Below are positions 16,105-23,704 of a stretch of 32,000 nt of DNA, one piece after another (the stretch's first letter is position 1; every line of letters starts with the position of its first letter). The position numbers and the translations under genes were made by a program. The DNA comes from an uncultured bacterium (GTDB lineage: Bacteria; Patescibacteriota; Gracilibacteria; UBA1369; PNNO01). Below the pieces are notes generated by a model. That model saw only the letters and a program-made list of their open reading frames with translations. It searched no databases and had not been told where the DNA came from. The stretch is from positions 90,001 to 122,000 of the forward strand of contig OY969931.1 of the NCBI GenBank assembly GCA_963704705.1, in the 5' to 3' direction.

Positions 16105-18759
16105 ATGAAATTAATCATAGATGAAAAAGTTCTGCAAACCTATCCAACGCTAAGTTTTGGCATAGTGCTTGCGAAAAGTGTTAACAATGAAAGAAAAACC
16201 ATTGCATTGGAGCAGATTTTTAATGGAATGAGTGCGCAGGTTAGGAACAAAATGAAGAAATCCGAACTAAACGATATGCCAAGAATCACAAATTGGGAGA
16301 ATATTTATAAAGATATTAGCGGAAAAACCTTCCAGACAAACCTTGAAAAATTATTAAGAGATGTTTTGGCTAATCGCGAAGTCCCTTTTACTGATAATCT
16401 GGCTAAAATTAGGGATTATTTTATGCTTAAATGGAAATTGCCTATTATTTGTTTCAGCTTGAATCACATTTATGGAAATATCGAACTGACTTATGATGGC
16501 AAGGATATAATTTATAAAGATAAAGGCTCTGTTTTAACAAAAAAATGGAATAGCGAACAGTACGAAAGAGGTGATATTAATCGTGAAACCGACAGTGTTG
16601 TGTTTATTATAGAAAATTTGGGGATTTTGGAACCTGAAAAACTTAAAGATGAATTAAATGAATTGGCGTTAATGCTGCAAAAATATTGTTTTGGTTCTGA
16701 TATTGAGGTTGATTTAATTGTTCCGCCGCATAATGAAAAAGATTTGGGAGTTGCCGGGTTAAGTGAATTTACTGGTGTTCAACCTGAACAAACTGAAAAA
16801 CCTGAAGAAGAAGAGGCCCCTCAAAATGTTCCTGAAACCATCGATAAAGAACTTCCTTCAGGTGCTGAAATTCAAAAAATAATTAACGAAACTGAATTTG
16901 CGCCAGCAGAAGAGCCGGTTGAACCTGTTTTGCACCCAAAAGAATCAGTTCAGATTAATGACAATTCCCTGAAATTCAGAATTGGGGAGATGTTTAAAGA
17001 AGCTTTAAATAAATCTTACCCTGAAGTTACAGATGAAATAAAAGTTGAATATCCGCGTGATCCATCACATGGAGATTATGCCTGTAGTATAGCAATGAAA
17101 TTGGCTAAAACGCTTGGTCAGAATCCAATGGAAATAGCTGAAAAAATTACTTCAAATATTTCACCGCTTCAGTTTGTTGGTAATATTGAGGTTGTTCAGC
17201 CGGGATTTATAAATATAAGACTTTCATCGGAATTTTTGACTACACAGGTTAATGAAATCGCTCAACAAAAAGACCTCATTCATACAAAAATAGGTGAAAA
17301 TAAAACCGTGGTAATTGATTATTCGTCTCCGAATATTGCAAAGCCTTTAGGCGTTCATCATCTTTTATCAACTGTGATTGGACAGGCAATTTACAATATA
17401 TATAAGGCACTTGGGTATAAAACAATTGGAGTGAATCATCTTGGGGACTGGGGCACGCAATTCGGTAAACTTATTTATGCTTTTAAAACCTGGGGTGATA
17501 AAAAAATAATTGAAAAAGATCCGATTCCTGAACTTTTAAAACTTTATGTTAAATTTCATGATGAAGCTGAAAAATCATCTGAACTTGAAGATAAAGCTCG
17601 TGAAGAATTTAAAAAACTTGAGCAGGGAGATGAAGAAAACACTAAATTATGGGAATGGTTTAAAGATTTGAGCATGGCTGATTTAAAAGCCACTTATGAA
17701 AAGCTTGGAATTGCATTTGACGAATATATCGGCGAAAGTTTTTTTAATGACAAAATGGCTTCTGTTATTGAAGAAGGCAAAGAAAAAGGAGTCTTTGTAG
17801 AGGGCGAGGGAGGGGCTTTGATTGTTAAATTCAAAGATGAAACCATGCCACCTTATATGGTGCAAAAATCAGACGGAGCAACTCTTTATTCATTAAGAGA
17901 TCTCGCAACTATTAAATACAGACTTCAGACCTGGAATCCCGATCAGCTTTTATATGTAGTGGATAGCGCTCAAAGCCTTCATTTTAAGCAGTTATTTGAA
18001 ACCGCAAAAATGCTTGGTTATGATCATGCAAAATTTGAACATATTTCTTTTGGAAGAATGAGCCTGCCTGATAAATCAATGAGTACTCGAAAGGGAAATG
18101 TTGTTTTGCTTGAAGAAGTTCTAAAAGACGGACTTGAAAAAGCACGCGAAATCGTTAAAGAAAAAAGCAAAGATTTGAAGAAAAAAGATCAGGAAAAAGT
18201 AGCTGAAATGGTGGCAATAGGTGCTATTAAATACAATATTTTATCTCAAAACAGAACAACCGATATAGTATTTGATTGGGATAAAATGCTTAGCATCGAA
18301 GGAAACAGCGCTCCATACCTGCAATATAGTTATGCGAGAGCAGAAAGCATATTAAGAAAAAACGCCGAAGAAAAGCCAAAAAAAGAAAAAAAGAAACCAT
18401 TAAAAGATGAAAAGACTGAAAATCAAATAGATTTATTTCAGGCAATTGAAATTGCCGAAGACAAAGCAGTAAACGGTGTAGCACCTTTGGAAAACGAACA
18501 TGAATTGGAAGTTGCGCGACTTTTGCCAAAATACAGTGAGTTATTATTATTTTCAGCTGAAGAATACAAACCTAATTTATTCTCAAATTATTTATACGAA
18601 CTTGCGCATGCATTCAATGGATTTTATAATGCTGTACCGGTTTTACAAACTGAAAATTCGGAGCTTAAAGAAGTTCGTTTAAATTTAACAAGGGCAGTTT
18701 CCAGAAGTTTAAAAGAAGGATTACATATTTTAGGTATTGAAGTTCCTGAAAGAATGTAA
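16105..18759 (+). CDS. argS: Arginine--tRNA ligase with an N-terminal B3/B4 (PheRS-beta-like, COG3382-type) domain fusion
   Basis: 884 aa in one uninterrupted frame. Residues ~288-884 are ArgRS: the Add-1 domain, SSPNIAKPLGVHHLLSTVIGQAIYN (HIGH-region equivalent), SMSTRKGNVV (MSTR motif) and a C-terminal DALR anticodon-binding domain ending in the family-typical terminal Met. Residues 1-~225 follow the stand-alone B3/B4 pattern (MKLIIDEKVL..YP.LSFGIV...PRITNWENIYK...LEKLLRDVLANREVPFTDNLAKIRDYFMLKWKLPIICFSL). An acidic Pro/Glu linker covers ~226-287. Confidence 0.85.
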   Translation: MKLIIDEKVLQTYPTLSFGIVLAKSVNNERKTIALEQIFNGMSAQVRNKMKKSELNDMPRITNWENIYKDISGKTFQTNLEKLLRDVLANREVPFTDNLAKIRDYFMLKWKLPIICFSLNHIYGNIELTYDGKDIIYKDKGSVLTKKWNSEQYERGDINRETDSVVFIIENLGILEPEKLKDELNELALMLQKYCFGSDIEVDLIVPPHNEKDLGVAGLSEFTGVQPEQTEKPEEEEAPQNVPETIDKELPSGAEIQKIINETEFAPAEEPVEPVLHPKESVQINDNSLKFRIGEMFKEALNKSYPEVTDEIKVEYPRDPSHGDYACSIAMKLAKTLGQNPMEIAEKITSNISPLQFVGNIEVVQPGFINIRLSSEFLTTQVNEIAQQKDLIHTKIGENKTVVIDYSSPNIAKPLGVHHLLSTVIGQAIYNIYKALGYKTIGVNHLGDWGTQFGKLIYAFKTWGDKKIIEKDPIPELLKLYVKFHDEAEKSSELEDKAREEFKKLEQGDEENTKLWEWFKDLSMADLKATYEKLGIAFDEYIGESFFNDKMASVIEEGKEKGVFVEGEGGALIVKFKDETMPPYMVQKSDGATLYSLRDLATIKYRLQTWNPDQLLYVVDSAQSLHFKQLFETAKMLGYDHAKFEHISFGRMSLPDKSMSTRKGNVVLLEEVLKDGLEKAREIVKEKSKDLKKKDQEKVAEMVAIGAIKYNILSQNRTTDIVFDWDKMLSIEGNSAPYLQYSYARAESILRKNAEEKPKKEKKKPLKDEKTENQIDLFQAIEIAEDKAVNGVAPLENEHELEVARLLPKYSELLLFSAEEYKPNLFSNYLYELAHAFNGFYNAVPVLQTENSELKEVRLNLTRAVSRSLKEGLHILGIEVPERM

Positions 18760-18841
18760 GATGAACAGCTAATTCTCACATTGAGTGGATTTTTTAAAAA
18801 TATTTGTTATATTAAATAGGTGTTGAACGACAGACCAATAC

Positions 18842-18929
18842 GGAGAGATGGCAGAGTGGTCGAATGCGGCGGTCTTGAAAACCGTTAGGCCTTAGGGTCT
18901 CCTGGGTTCGAATCCCAGTCTCTCCGCCA
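18842..18929 (+). tRNA. tRNA-Ser (anticodon UGA), class II with long variable arm, CCA encoded
   Basis: Acceptor stem GGAGAGA/TCTCTCC. Anticodon arm GCGGT-CTTGAAA-ACCGT gives anticodon TGA. 16-nt variable arm. T arm CTGGG-TTCGAAT-CCCAG. Discriminator G followed by CCA. Confidence 0.93.
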
Positions 18930-18964
18930 TTTTAGAATATGCTAGTCGGATAGCAGGTGAATAA

Positions 18965-19222
18965 TTATTTTTTCTTAGCAATTAGATTATAAACAAATGC
19001 GAGTATTGCTCCACCTATTGCACCGTCGATAAATCCCAGAAGGCCTCCTATAATTCCGCCTAAAAGACCGGGTTCGAATCCGATATAAAGTGAGCTGAGT
19101 GTTTGAACGATTCCCGCACCATAGCCTCCAACGGAAATCCATCCTAAGAACAGCATGTATAAGCCCCATGAGACTCCTGCAGCAATAGCAAAAGCCATTA
19201 CATTTAATTTTTGCATAGTCAT
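18965..19222 (-). CDS. Small glycine-zipper membrane protein, paralog B (85 aa)
   Basis: Sequence MTMQKLNVMAFAIAAGVSWGLYMLFLGWISVGGYG...IGFEPGLLGGIIGGLLGFIDGAIGGAILAFVYNLIAKKK, i.e. hydrophobic helices with a GxxxG-type zipper. About 80% identical by eye to the 21709..21960 product. Same strand as the P-type ATPase and immediately downstream of it. Confidence 0.75.
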   Translation of the reverse strand: MTMQKLNVMAFAIAAGVSWGLYMLFLGWISVGGYGAGIVQTLSSLYIGFEPGLLGGIIGGLLGFIDGAIGGAILAFVYNLIAKKK

Positions 19223-19271
19223 GATTTTAAGAAATATAATATAGTTATAATAAATATTTTCATCACATTAT

Positions 19272-21671
19272 TCAATCATTATTCGTTTGACCTTTTAATT
19301 TATCAATAATTCGGTAAGACAAAACTTTCACCTGATCATTAATAAGCCACCAGACAATTGCATAGAGCCACATCAATCCTGCCAGCTTCCAGCCTATTGG
19401 TTCCATGAATATACCGTATACTGCAATTAACGTACCTATTGCTCTTGATCCAAATGCAGGAATAAAAAACTTTAATGAAGGAAAAGGTTTATGCCAAAAA
19501 TGGTATCTGCCTGTTCGTGTTAAATATAGAGTTGAATGGCCTGCAACATCCAGTTTTATAAATAATAAAGTTTGTATTAAAGCCAATGGAACAGCATAAG
19601 CCTGTAATATAAAAAATATTAGAAATGATGCAACAAGCCCGGCAGTCCCCAAAATAATTGCAATTATAATGGTATCTTTTAAATGCCAGCGTATAGGTTT
19701 TGGAGAAACCGGCGCATTGTCATAAGCAATTGCCATTACAGGTATGTCATTTAATAAAGCAAGTGCGATAATCATTACAGCCGTAATAGGATAAAAATTA
19801 AACACTATAATTGAAACTGACATGAATAATACAATACGTATTGTTTCAGCTATACGAAACGTTGCGTAGGCTTCCATTCGTCCAAAAATAACACGCGCAC
19901 TATTTATAGCCTGATGAATGACTGACAAACCAGGTTTTAATAATATTAAGTCAGCGGAAGATCTGGCTGCATCAGTTGCACCGGAAACAGCTATACCAAT
20001 ATTTGCTTCTTTTAATGCAGGAGCATCGTTAACACCGTCTCCTGTCATTGCTACAATATGTTTATGTTTTTGCAACGATTTAACGATGTCATATTTATCT
20101 TCCGGCAGAACTTCCGAAAAAGCATCGGTATCCATAATCTCCTTATAAGGTTCGGATTTACCTTTTTTCTTCTTCCCAAGTGCTGACGATGCAACTAAAA
20201 CCTTTTTCCCAAGTTTTAATATCCCACTGATTTGTTTCGCTATTGCAACATTGTCACCGGTCAGCATTTTTACCTTTATACCTAATTTTTTTATAAATGA
20301 AATAACTCTTGCAGAATCATCACGAGGCGCATCATATAAAGCAATAACACCAACGAGTTTATATTTTTTTTCTGTTTTTTCTTTAATGCAAATTGCTAAA
20401 GTTCTAAAACCTTTATTCGCATAGTTATCCACATCATTTGTAAGTTTATCGGAAAATGAGTTTTTAGGTATTAATTTTGAAACTACCTGTGAAGCGCCTT
20501 TAATAATTTCAAATGTTTTGCCACCTTTACTAACCATAGCCCTTGTAAATTTTTTGTCAGGATCAAAGGGTGTAAAATTTTCTACCTTATATAACTTTAA
20601 GTTTTTGGAAAGCTTTTTTTTGTCGGAATATTCATATATTGGAATTTCTATGGGATCATTATTTTCTTTTTTGCTTGCAAGCATTGCAAAAGTAAATAAT
20701 GATTTTTCATCATATTTATTGTATGTGAAATATGATGAAACAGTCATTTTATTCTTAGTTAGTGTGCCTGTTTTATCGGAACATAATATATCAACGCCGG
20801 CTAATTCTTCTATTGATTGAAGATCCGCAACAACAGCATGTTTTTTTGCTAAATTATAAGCACCAACAGCTAATGTAACTGATAACACAGCAGGAAGGGC
20901 AACAGGAATTGAGGCAATCGCTAAAATAAGAGCAAATCTAAATGTTTCAATAACAGAATCTCCTCGTAATAAAGATATCGCCACCAATATTGTAATGATA
21001 AACAGCGTAGATAATATTAAAAAATGCCCAATATTAATAATTGCTTTTTGAAAATGGCTTACATTATTTTTTTCAGCTTTGGCTACTAAAGCTACATTTT
21101 TCCCGAAGAAGGTATTTTTACCGGTTTTAGTTATTTCAGCGAGCATTTCGCCAACTTTAACTACAATATTTCCATAAATATTTTCACCTACTTTTTTTTC
21201 TACAGGTAATGACTCTCCTGTAATGGATGATTGATCAACTAAAAGATATTTACCTTGGCGTAAGATAGCATCCGCAGGAACAACATCTCCGATTTTTAAT
21301 TCAATTATATCACCCGGAACTAAAAATTTTGCTGGTATTGTAGAGAATTTACCATCACGTAAAACCAATGCTTTAGGTGATAACGTAGCCTTTAATGCCT
21401 TTAAAGCTTTATTGGCTTTTTGTTCCTGAAGAAAATCAACAATTATATTAAGGGAAAGTAATACGGAAATAATTATCAGATCATCCCATTTCCCTACAAT
21501 TGTTGAAAATACCATAGCCAACTCAATCATCAATGGTATAGGGCCAATAAATTTTCCTATAAAACGTATAAAAGCAGGAGTTGATTTTTCAGTGATTTCA
21601 TTTAAGCCAAATTGTTTTTGTCTTTCGTTGGCTTCTTTTTCAGTTAATCCATTTTTAAGATCTGTTGGCAT
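19272..21671 (-). CDS. Plasma-membrane proton-efflux-type (type IIIA) P-type ATPase
   Basis: 799 aa. N-terminus GLTEKEANERQKQFGLNEI, phosphorylation motif CSDKTGTLTKNKM, hinge MTGDGVNDAPALKEANIGIAV. The TM6 segment ALALLNDIPVMAIAYDNAPVSPKPIRW parallels plant AHA2 ILNDGTIMTISKDRVKPSP, including the Asp proton-acceptor position. Confidence 0.88.
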   Translation of the reverse strand: MPTDLKNGLTEKEANERQKQFGLNEITEKSTPAFIRFIGKFIGPIPLMIELAMVFSTIVGKWDDLIIISVLLSLNIIVDFLQEQKANKALKALKATLSPKALVLRDGKFSTIPAKFLVPGDIIELKIGDVVPADAILRQGKYLLVDQSSITGESLPVEKKVGENIYGNIVVKVGEMLAEITKTGKNTFFGKNVALVAKAEKNNVSHFQKAIINIGHFLILSTLFIITILVAISLLRGDSVIETFRFALILAIASIPVALPAVLSVTLAVGAYNLAKKHAVVADLQSIEELAGVDILCSDKTGTLTKNKMTVSSYFTYNKYDEKSLFTFAMLASKKENNDPIEIPIYEYSDKKKLSKNLKLYKVENFTPFDPDKKFTRAMVSKGGKTFEIIKGASQVVSKLIPKNSFSDKLTNDVDNYANKGFRTLAICIKEKTEKKYKLVGVIALYDAPRDDSARVISFIKKLGIKVKMLTGDNVAIAKQISGILKLGKKVLVASSALGKKKKGKSEPYKEIMDTDAFSEVLPEDKYDIVKSLQKHKHIVAMTGDGVNDAPALKEANIGIAVSGATDAARSSADLILLKPGLSVIHQAINSARVIFGRMEAYATFRIAETIRIVLFMSVSIIVFNFYPITAVMIIALALLNDIPVMAIAYDNAPVSPKPIRWHLKDTIIIAIILGTAGLVASFLIFFILQAYAVPLALIQTLLFIKLDVAGHSTLYLTRTGRYHFWHKPFPSLKFFIPAFGSRAIGTLIAVYGIFMEPIGWKLAGLMWLYAIVWWLINDQVKVLSYRIIDKLKGQTNND

Positions 21672-21708
21672 ATTTTTAATTAAAATAATAAATTTAATTT
21701 TGCCAAAA

Positions 21709-21960
21709 TTATTTTTCTCTGGTGATCAAATTATAAATAAAAGCGAATATTGCACCACCTATTGCACCGTCGATAAATCCCAAAAGGCCTCCTATGATAC
21801 CGCCTAAAAGACCGGGTTCGAAGCCGATATAGAGCGAACCGAAGGTCTGTACAATCCCCTTACCATAACCTCCAACTGAAATCCATCCCAAAATCAACAT
21901 TGCAAAGCCCCATGTTATTCCTGCAGCAATAGCAAAAGTCATTACATTGAATTTTTTCAT
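21709..21960 (-). CDS. Small glycine-zipper membrane protein, paralog A (83 aa)
   Basis: Sequence MKKFNVMTFAIAAGITWGFAMLILGWISVGGYGKGIVQTFGSLYIGFEPGLLGGIIGGLLGFIDGAIGGAIFAFIYNLITREK. Lies 37 nt upstream of the ATPase start on the same strand. Shares long identical nucleotide runs with paralog B. Confidence 0.75.
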   Translation of the reverse strand: MKKFNVMTFAIAAGITWGFAMLILGWISVGGYGKGIVQTFGSLYIGFEPGLLGGIIGGLLGFIDGAIGGAIFAFIYNLITREK

Positions 21961-22119
21961 AATAATAATTTTAAGAAATATAATATAAATATAATAGCAA
22001 TTCTAGTTGCTTCATTCAATAATATTGCTTCATGCCCTTAACTTCAATTCTTGCAAAACTTCAAGATAAAACAGAATTAGATTCGATATGAATTCGTACA
22101 TTGTACATGATTTTGTGCC

Positions 22120-22144
22120 AGGCTTTATTAAAAGCCTTTTTTTT
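22120..22144 (+). terminator. Strand-specific intrinsic terminator-like hairpin with no annotated upstream gene
   Basis: AGGCTTT-ATTA-AAAGCCT followed by T7-8 on the + strand. The opposite strand has no T tract after the stem. Sits ~50 nt upstream of the SemiSWEET start and is immediately followed by an extended -10-like TGTTATAAT. Confidence 0.5.
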
Positions 22145-22192
22145 GTTATAATAATATGAACATTTTGAACCTAAAATTAAAACAAATACAAA

Positions 22193-22531
22193 ATGCCAAC
22201 TGGATCACAAGTAATACATCATCTTCAGCAACAAAAAAGTTCGCTTGAAGCTGTTATAAAACCAAAAACCAAATTCCAGATAATGCTTGATAAAATGGTT
22301 TATTTAACTGGCGCGGCATCTGTGTTTATGGCAATTCCTCAGGTTATGCAAATATGGGGAACTCAGAGCGCGCAGGGTGTTTCTTTTATTACATGGTTTA
22401 CTTTTTTAATTAATGCGGTGATTTGGTCTGTTTATGGTTTTTATCATAAAGAAAAGCAAATTATTATAATGTATATCGCATATTTTTTTATTGATTTGTT
22501 TATTGTTTCAGGAATTATAATTTATGGATAA
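22193..22531 (+). CDS. SemiSWEET / PQ-loop family small sugar-transporter-like protein
   Basis: 112 aa with 3 predicted TM helices and the PQ motif in TM1 (FMAIPQVMQIWGTQSAQGVSFITWFTFLINAVIWSVYGF). An internal Met at residue 31 would give the more usual ~82 aa. The stop TAA overlaps the next ATG (ATAATGG). Confidence 0.75.
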   Translation: MPTGSQVIHHLQQQKSSLEAVIKPKTKFQIMLDKMVYLTGAASVFMAIPQVMQIWGTQSAQGVSFITWFTFLINAVIWSVYGFYHKEKQIIIMYIAYFFIDLFIVSGIIIYG

Positions 22532-23667
22532 TGGCTAAAAAACAAAGAAATCAGTACAAATGCTGTTGTAATATGAAATGGGGTTTATTGATAATTTTAT
22601 TTGCGATTGCAATAGTAGTAGCTTTAATCCTTGCAGAAGCAAATTCTCAGGCGAAAACAAAAAGTGAAAGCCCGTATTATAAAGCTATTGAACTCGGAGG
22701 AGAATGGTTTTTGGATAATCAAAATGACGATTTTTTGCATTACACTTATTATCCATTTGAAGATAGATATAGTGAAGAAAGTCATGGAATGCAAGAAATG
22801 GGTGCTCTATGGTCGATAGCAAAATTAAGTAACTATTTGGAAGATCCAAGATTTGAATTGCTTGCCCAAAAAGGTTTTAGCTATTTTGAAAAATACTTTG
22901 AATATTCAAAGGACCGTGATTTCATTTATGTAAATATCACACCGCAAAAAATTAAACTCGAATACAGTGCTTTTGCAATCTTGTCGCTTATTGAAATCGA
23001 TTATCCAAATAAAGATGAACTTTTGGATAAGCTGGCTCAGGGAATTTTAAACTTACAGCAGGCAAACGGGAGTTTGCGAACTTTCTTTTATTCAGTTCGT
23101 TCAACAGGAAAAGATTATTATCCAGGGGAGGCGCTATTGGCTTTGATGTCTCTTTATGAATATACGGGCAATCAGGAATATTTAAATGCTGTGAAAAAAG
23201 CTTTTCCTTATTATGTTGATTATTTTGATAAGAACCCGAATACAGCTTTTATACCTTGGCAAACTCGCGCATACTATAAATTATTTAAGGCTACAGGTGA
23301 CCCTGAAGTGCGATCTTTTATTTTTAAAATGAATGATTTTATACTGCGCCAATATAAACCAAAAGCAAAATGCAGCAATTTTGAATTGAACGGAATTGTT
23401 ACTGCTGTTCATGCGGAAGGCGTTAATATGGCTTATGATCTGGCTCGTTCTGCTCAGGACAAAGTACGCGCAACCTGTTATAAAAATTTCTCAAAAGAAG
23501 TGGCTGACTATGTTTTAAGTCTCCAGTTAACAGAAGGCAATAATTTTATTAAAAGGGGTATTGGTGGATTTTTACGTGATCCTGCTTCAGATTTCCAAAG
23601 GGTCGATCTCAATCAGCATGCGGTTTTGGCCTTGCTGGATATGCTTAATTTTGGCATTTTGGAATGA
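22531..23667 (+). CDS. Membrane-anchored protein with a probable (alpha/alpha)6 toroid (six-hairpin glycosidase/epimerase-like) fold
   Basis: 378 aa. N-terminal TM helix (WGLLIILFAIAIVVALILA). Repeated helical-hairpin motifs such as YYPGEALLALMSLYEYTGNQEYLNAVKKAFPYY, typical of alpha/alpha toroid enzymes. The exact family is not recognised. Start codon overlaps the SemiSWEET stop. Confidence 0.6.
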   Translation: MAKKQRNQYKCCCNMKWGLLIILFAIAIVVALILAEANSQAKTKSESPYYKAIELGGEWFLDNQNDDFLHYTYYPFEDRYSEESHGMQEMGALWSIAKLSNYLEDPRFELLAQKGFSYFEKYFEYSKDRDFIYVNITPQKIKLEYSAFAILSLIEIDYPNKDELLDKLAQGILNLQQANGSLRTFFYSVRSTGKDYYPGEALLALMSLYEYTGNQEYLNAVKKAFPYYVDYFDKNPNTAFIPWQTRAYYKLFKATGDPEVRSFIFKMNDFILRQYKPKAKCSNFELNGIVTAVHAEGVNMAYDLARSAQDKVRATCYKNFSKEVADYVLSLQLTEGNNFIKRGIGGFLRDPASDFQRVDLNQHAVLALLDMLNFGILE

Positions 23668-23689
23668 TGCTATATAATCAAATATAGCA
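23668..23689 (+). promoter_or_regulatory. Perfect 8-bp inverted repeat (weak AT-rich terminator or operator) between the toroid gene and the DUF1761 gene
   Basis: TGCTATAT-AATCAA-ATATAGCA starts immediately after stop codon 23665-23667 and is followed by the T-rich tttaaccttttt. Confidence 0.35.
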
Positions 23690-23704
23690 TTTAACCTTTT
23701 TATT

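Noticed and set aside
19070-19081. GGGTTCGAATCC, identical to the T-arm of the adjacent tRNA-Ser, inside mini-protein gene B (with a near-copy GGGTTCGAAGCC in gene A); considered as a tRNA fragment or attachment-site repeat marking a tRNA-integrated island
   Set aside because: It is in-frame coding sequence for the conserved GFEPG motif in both paralogs and has no flanking tRNA-like stems. I found no direct repeat of the tRNA 3' end at the far side (21961-22190), no integrase, and no compositional shift in the ATPase cassette.
3304-21807. Remaining short track ORFs nested in or antisense to large genes (for example 3304..3612, 5410..5628, 5694..5996, 8068..8268, 9004..9293, 12440..12649, 13693..14001, 15685..16074, 17683..17865, 18290..18682, 18987..19169, 19405..20820, 21592..21807)
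   Set aside because: All lie within better-supported long CDSs on the same or opposite strand, and their products are low-complexity or Ile/Lys/Phe-rich with no recognisable motifs.
22032-22091. 19-codon ORF MPLTSILAKLQDKTELDSI as a real gene
   Set aside because: It is too short and featureless to call from sequence alone, so it is kept only as a possibility within the orphan-terminator finding.
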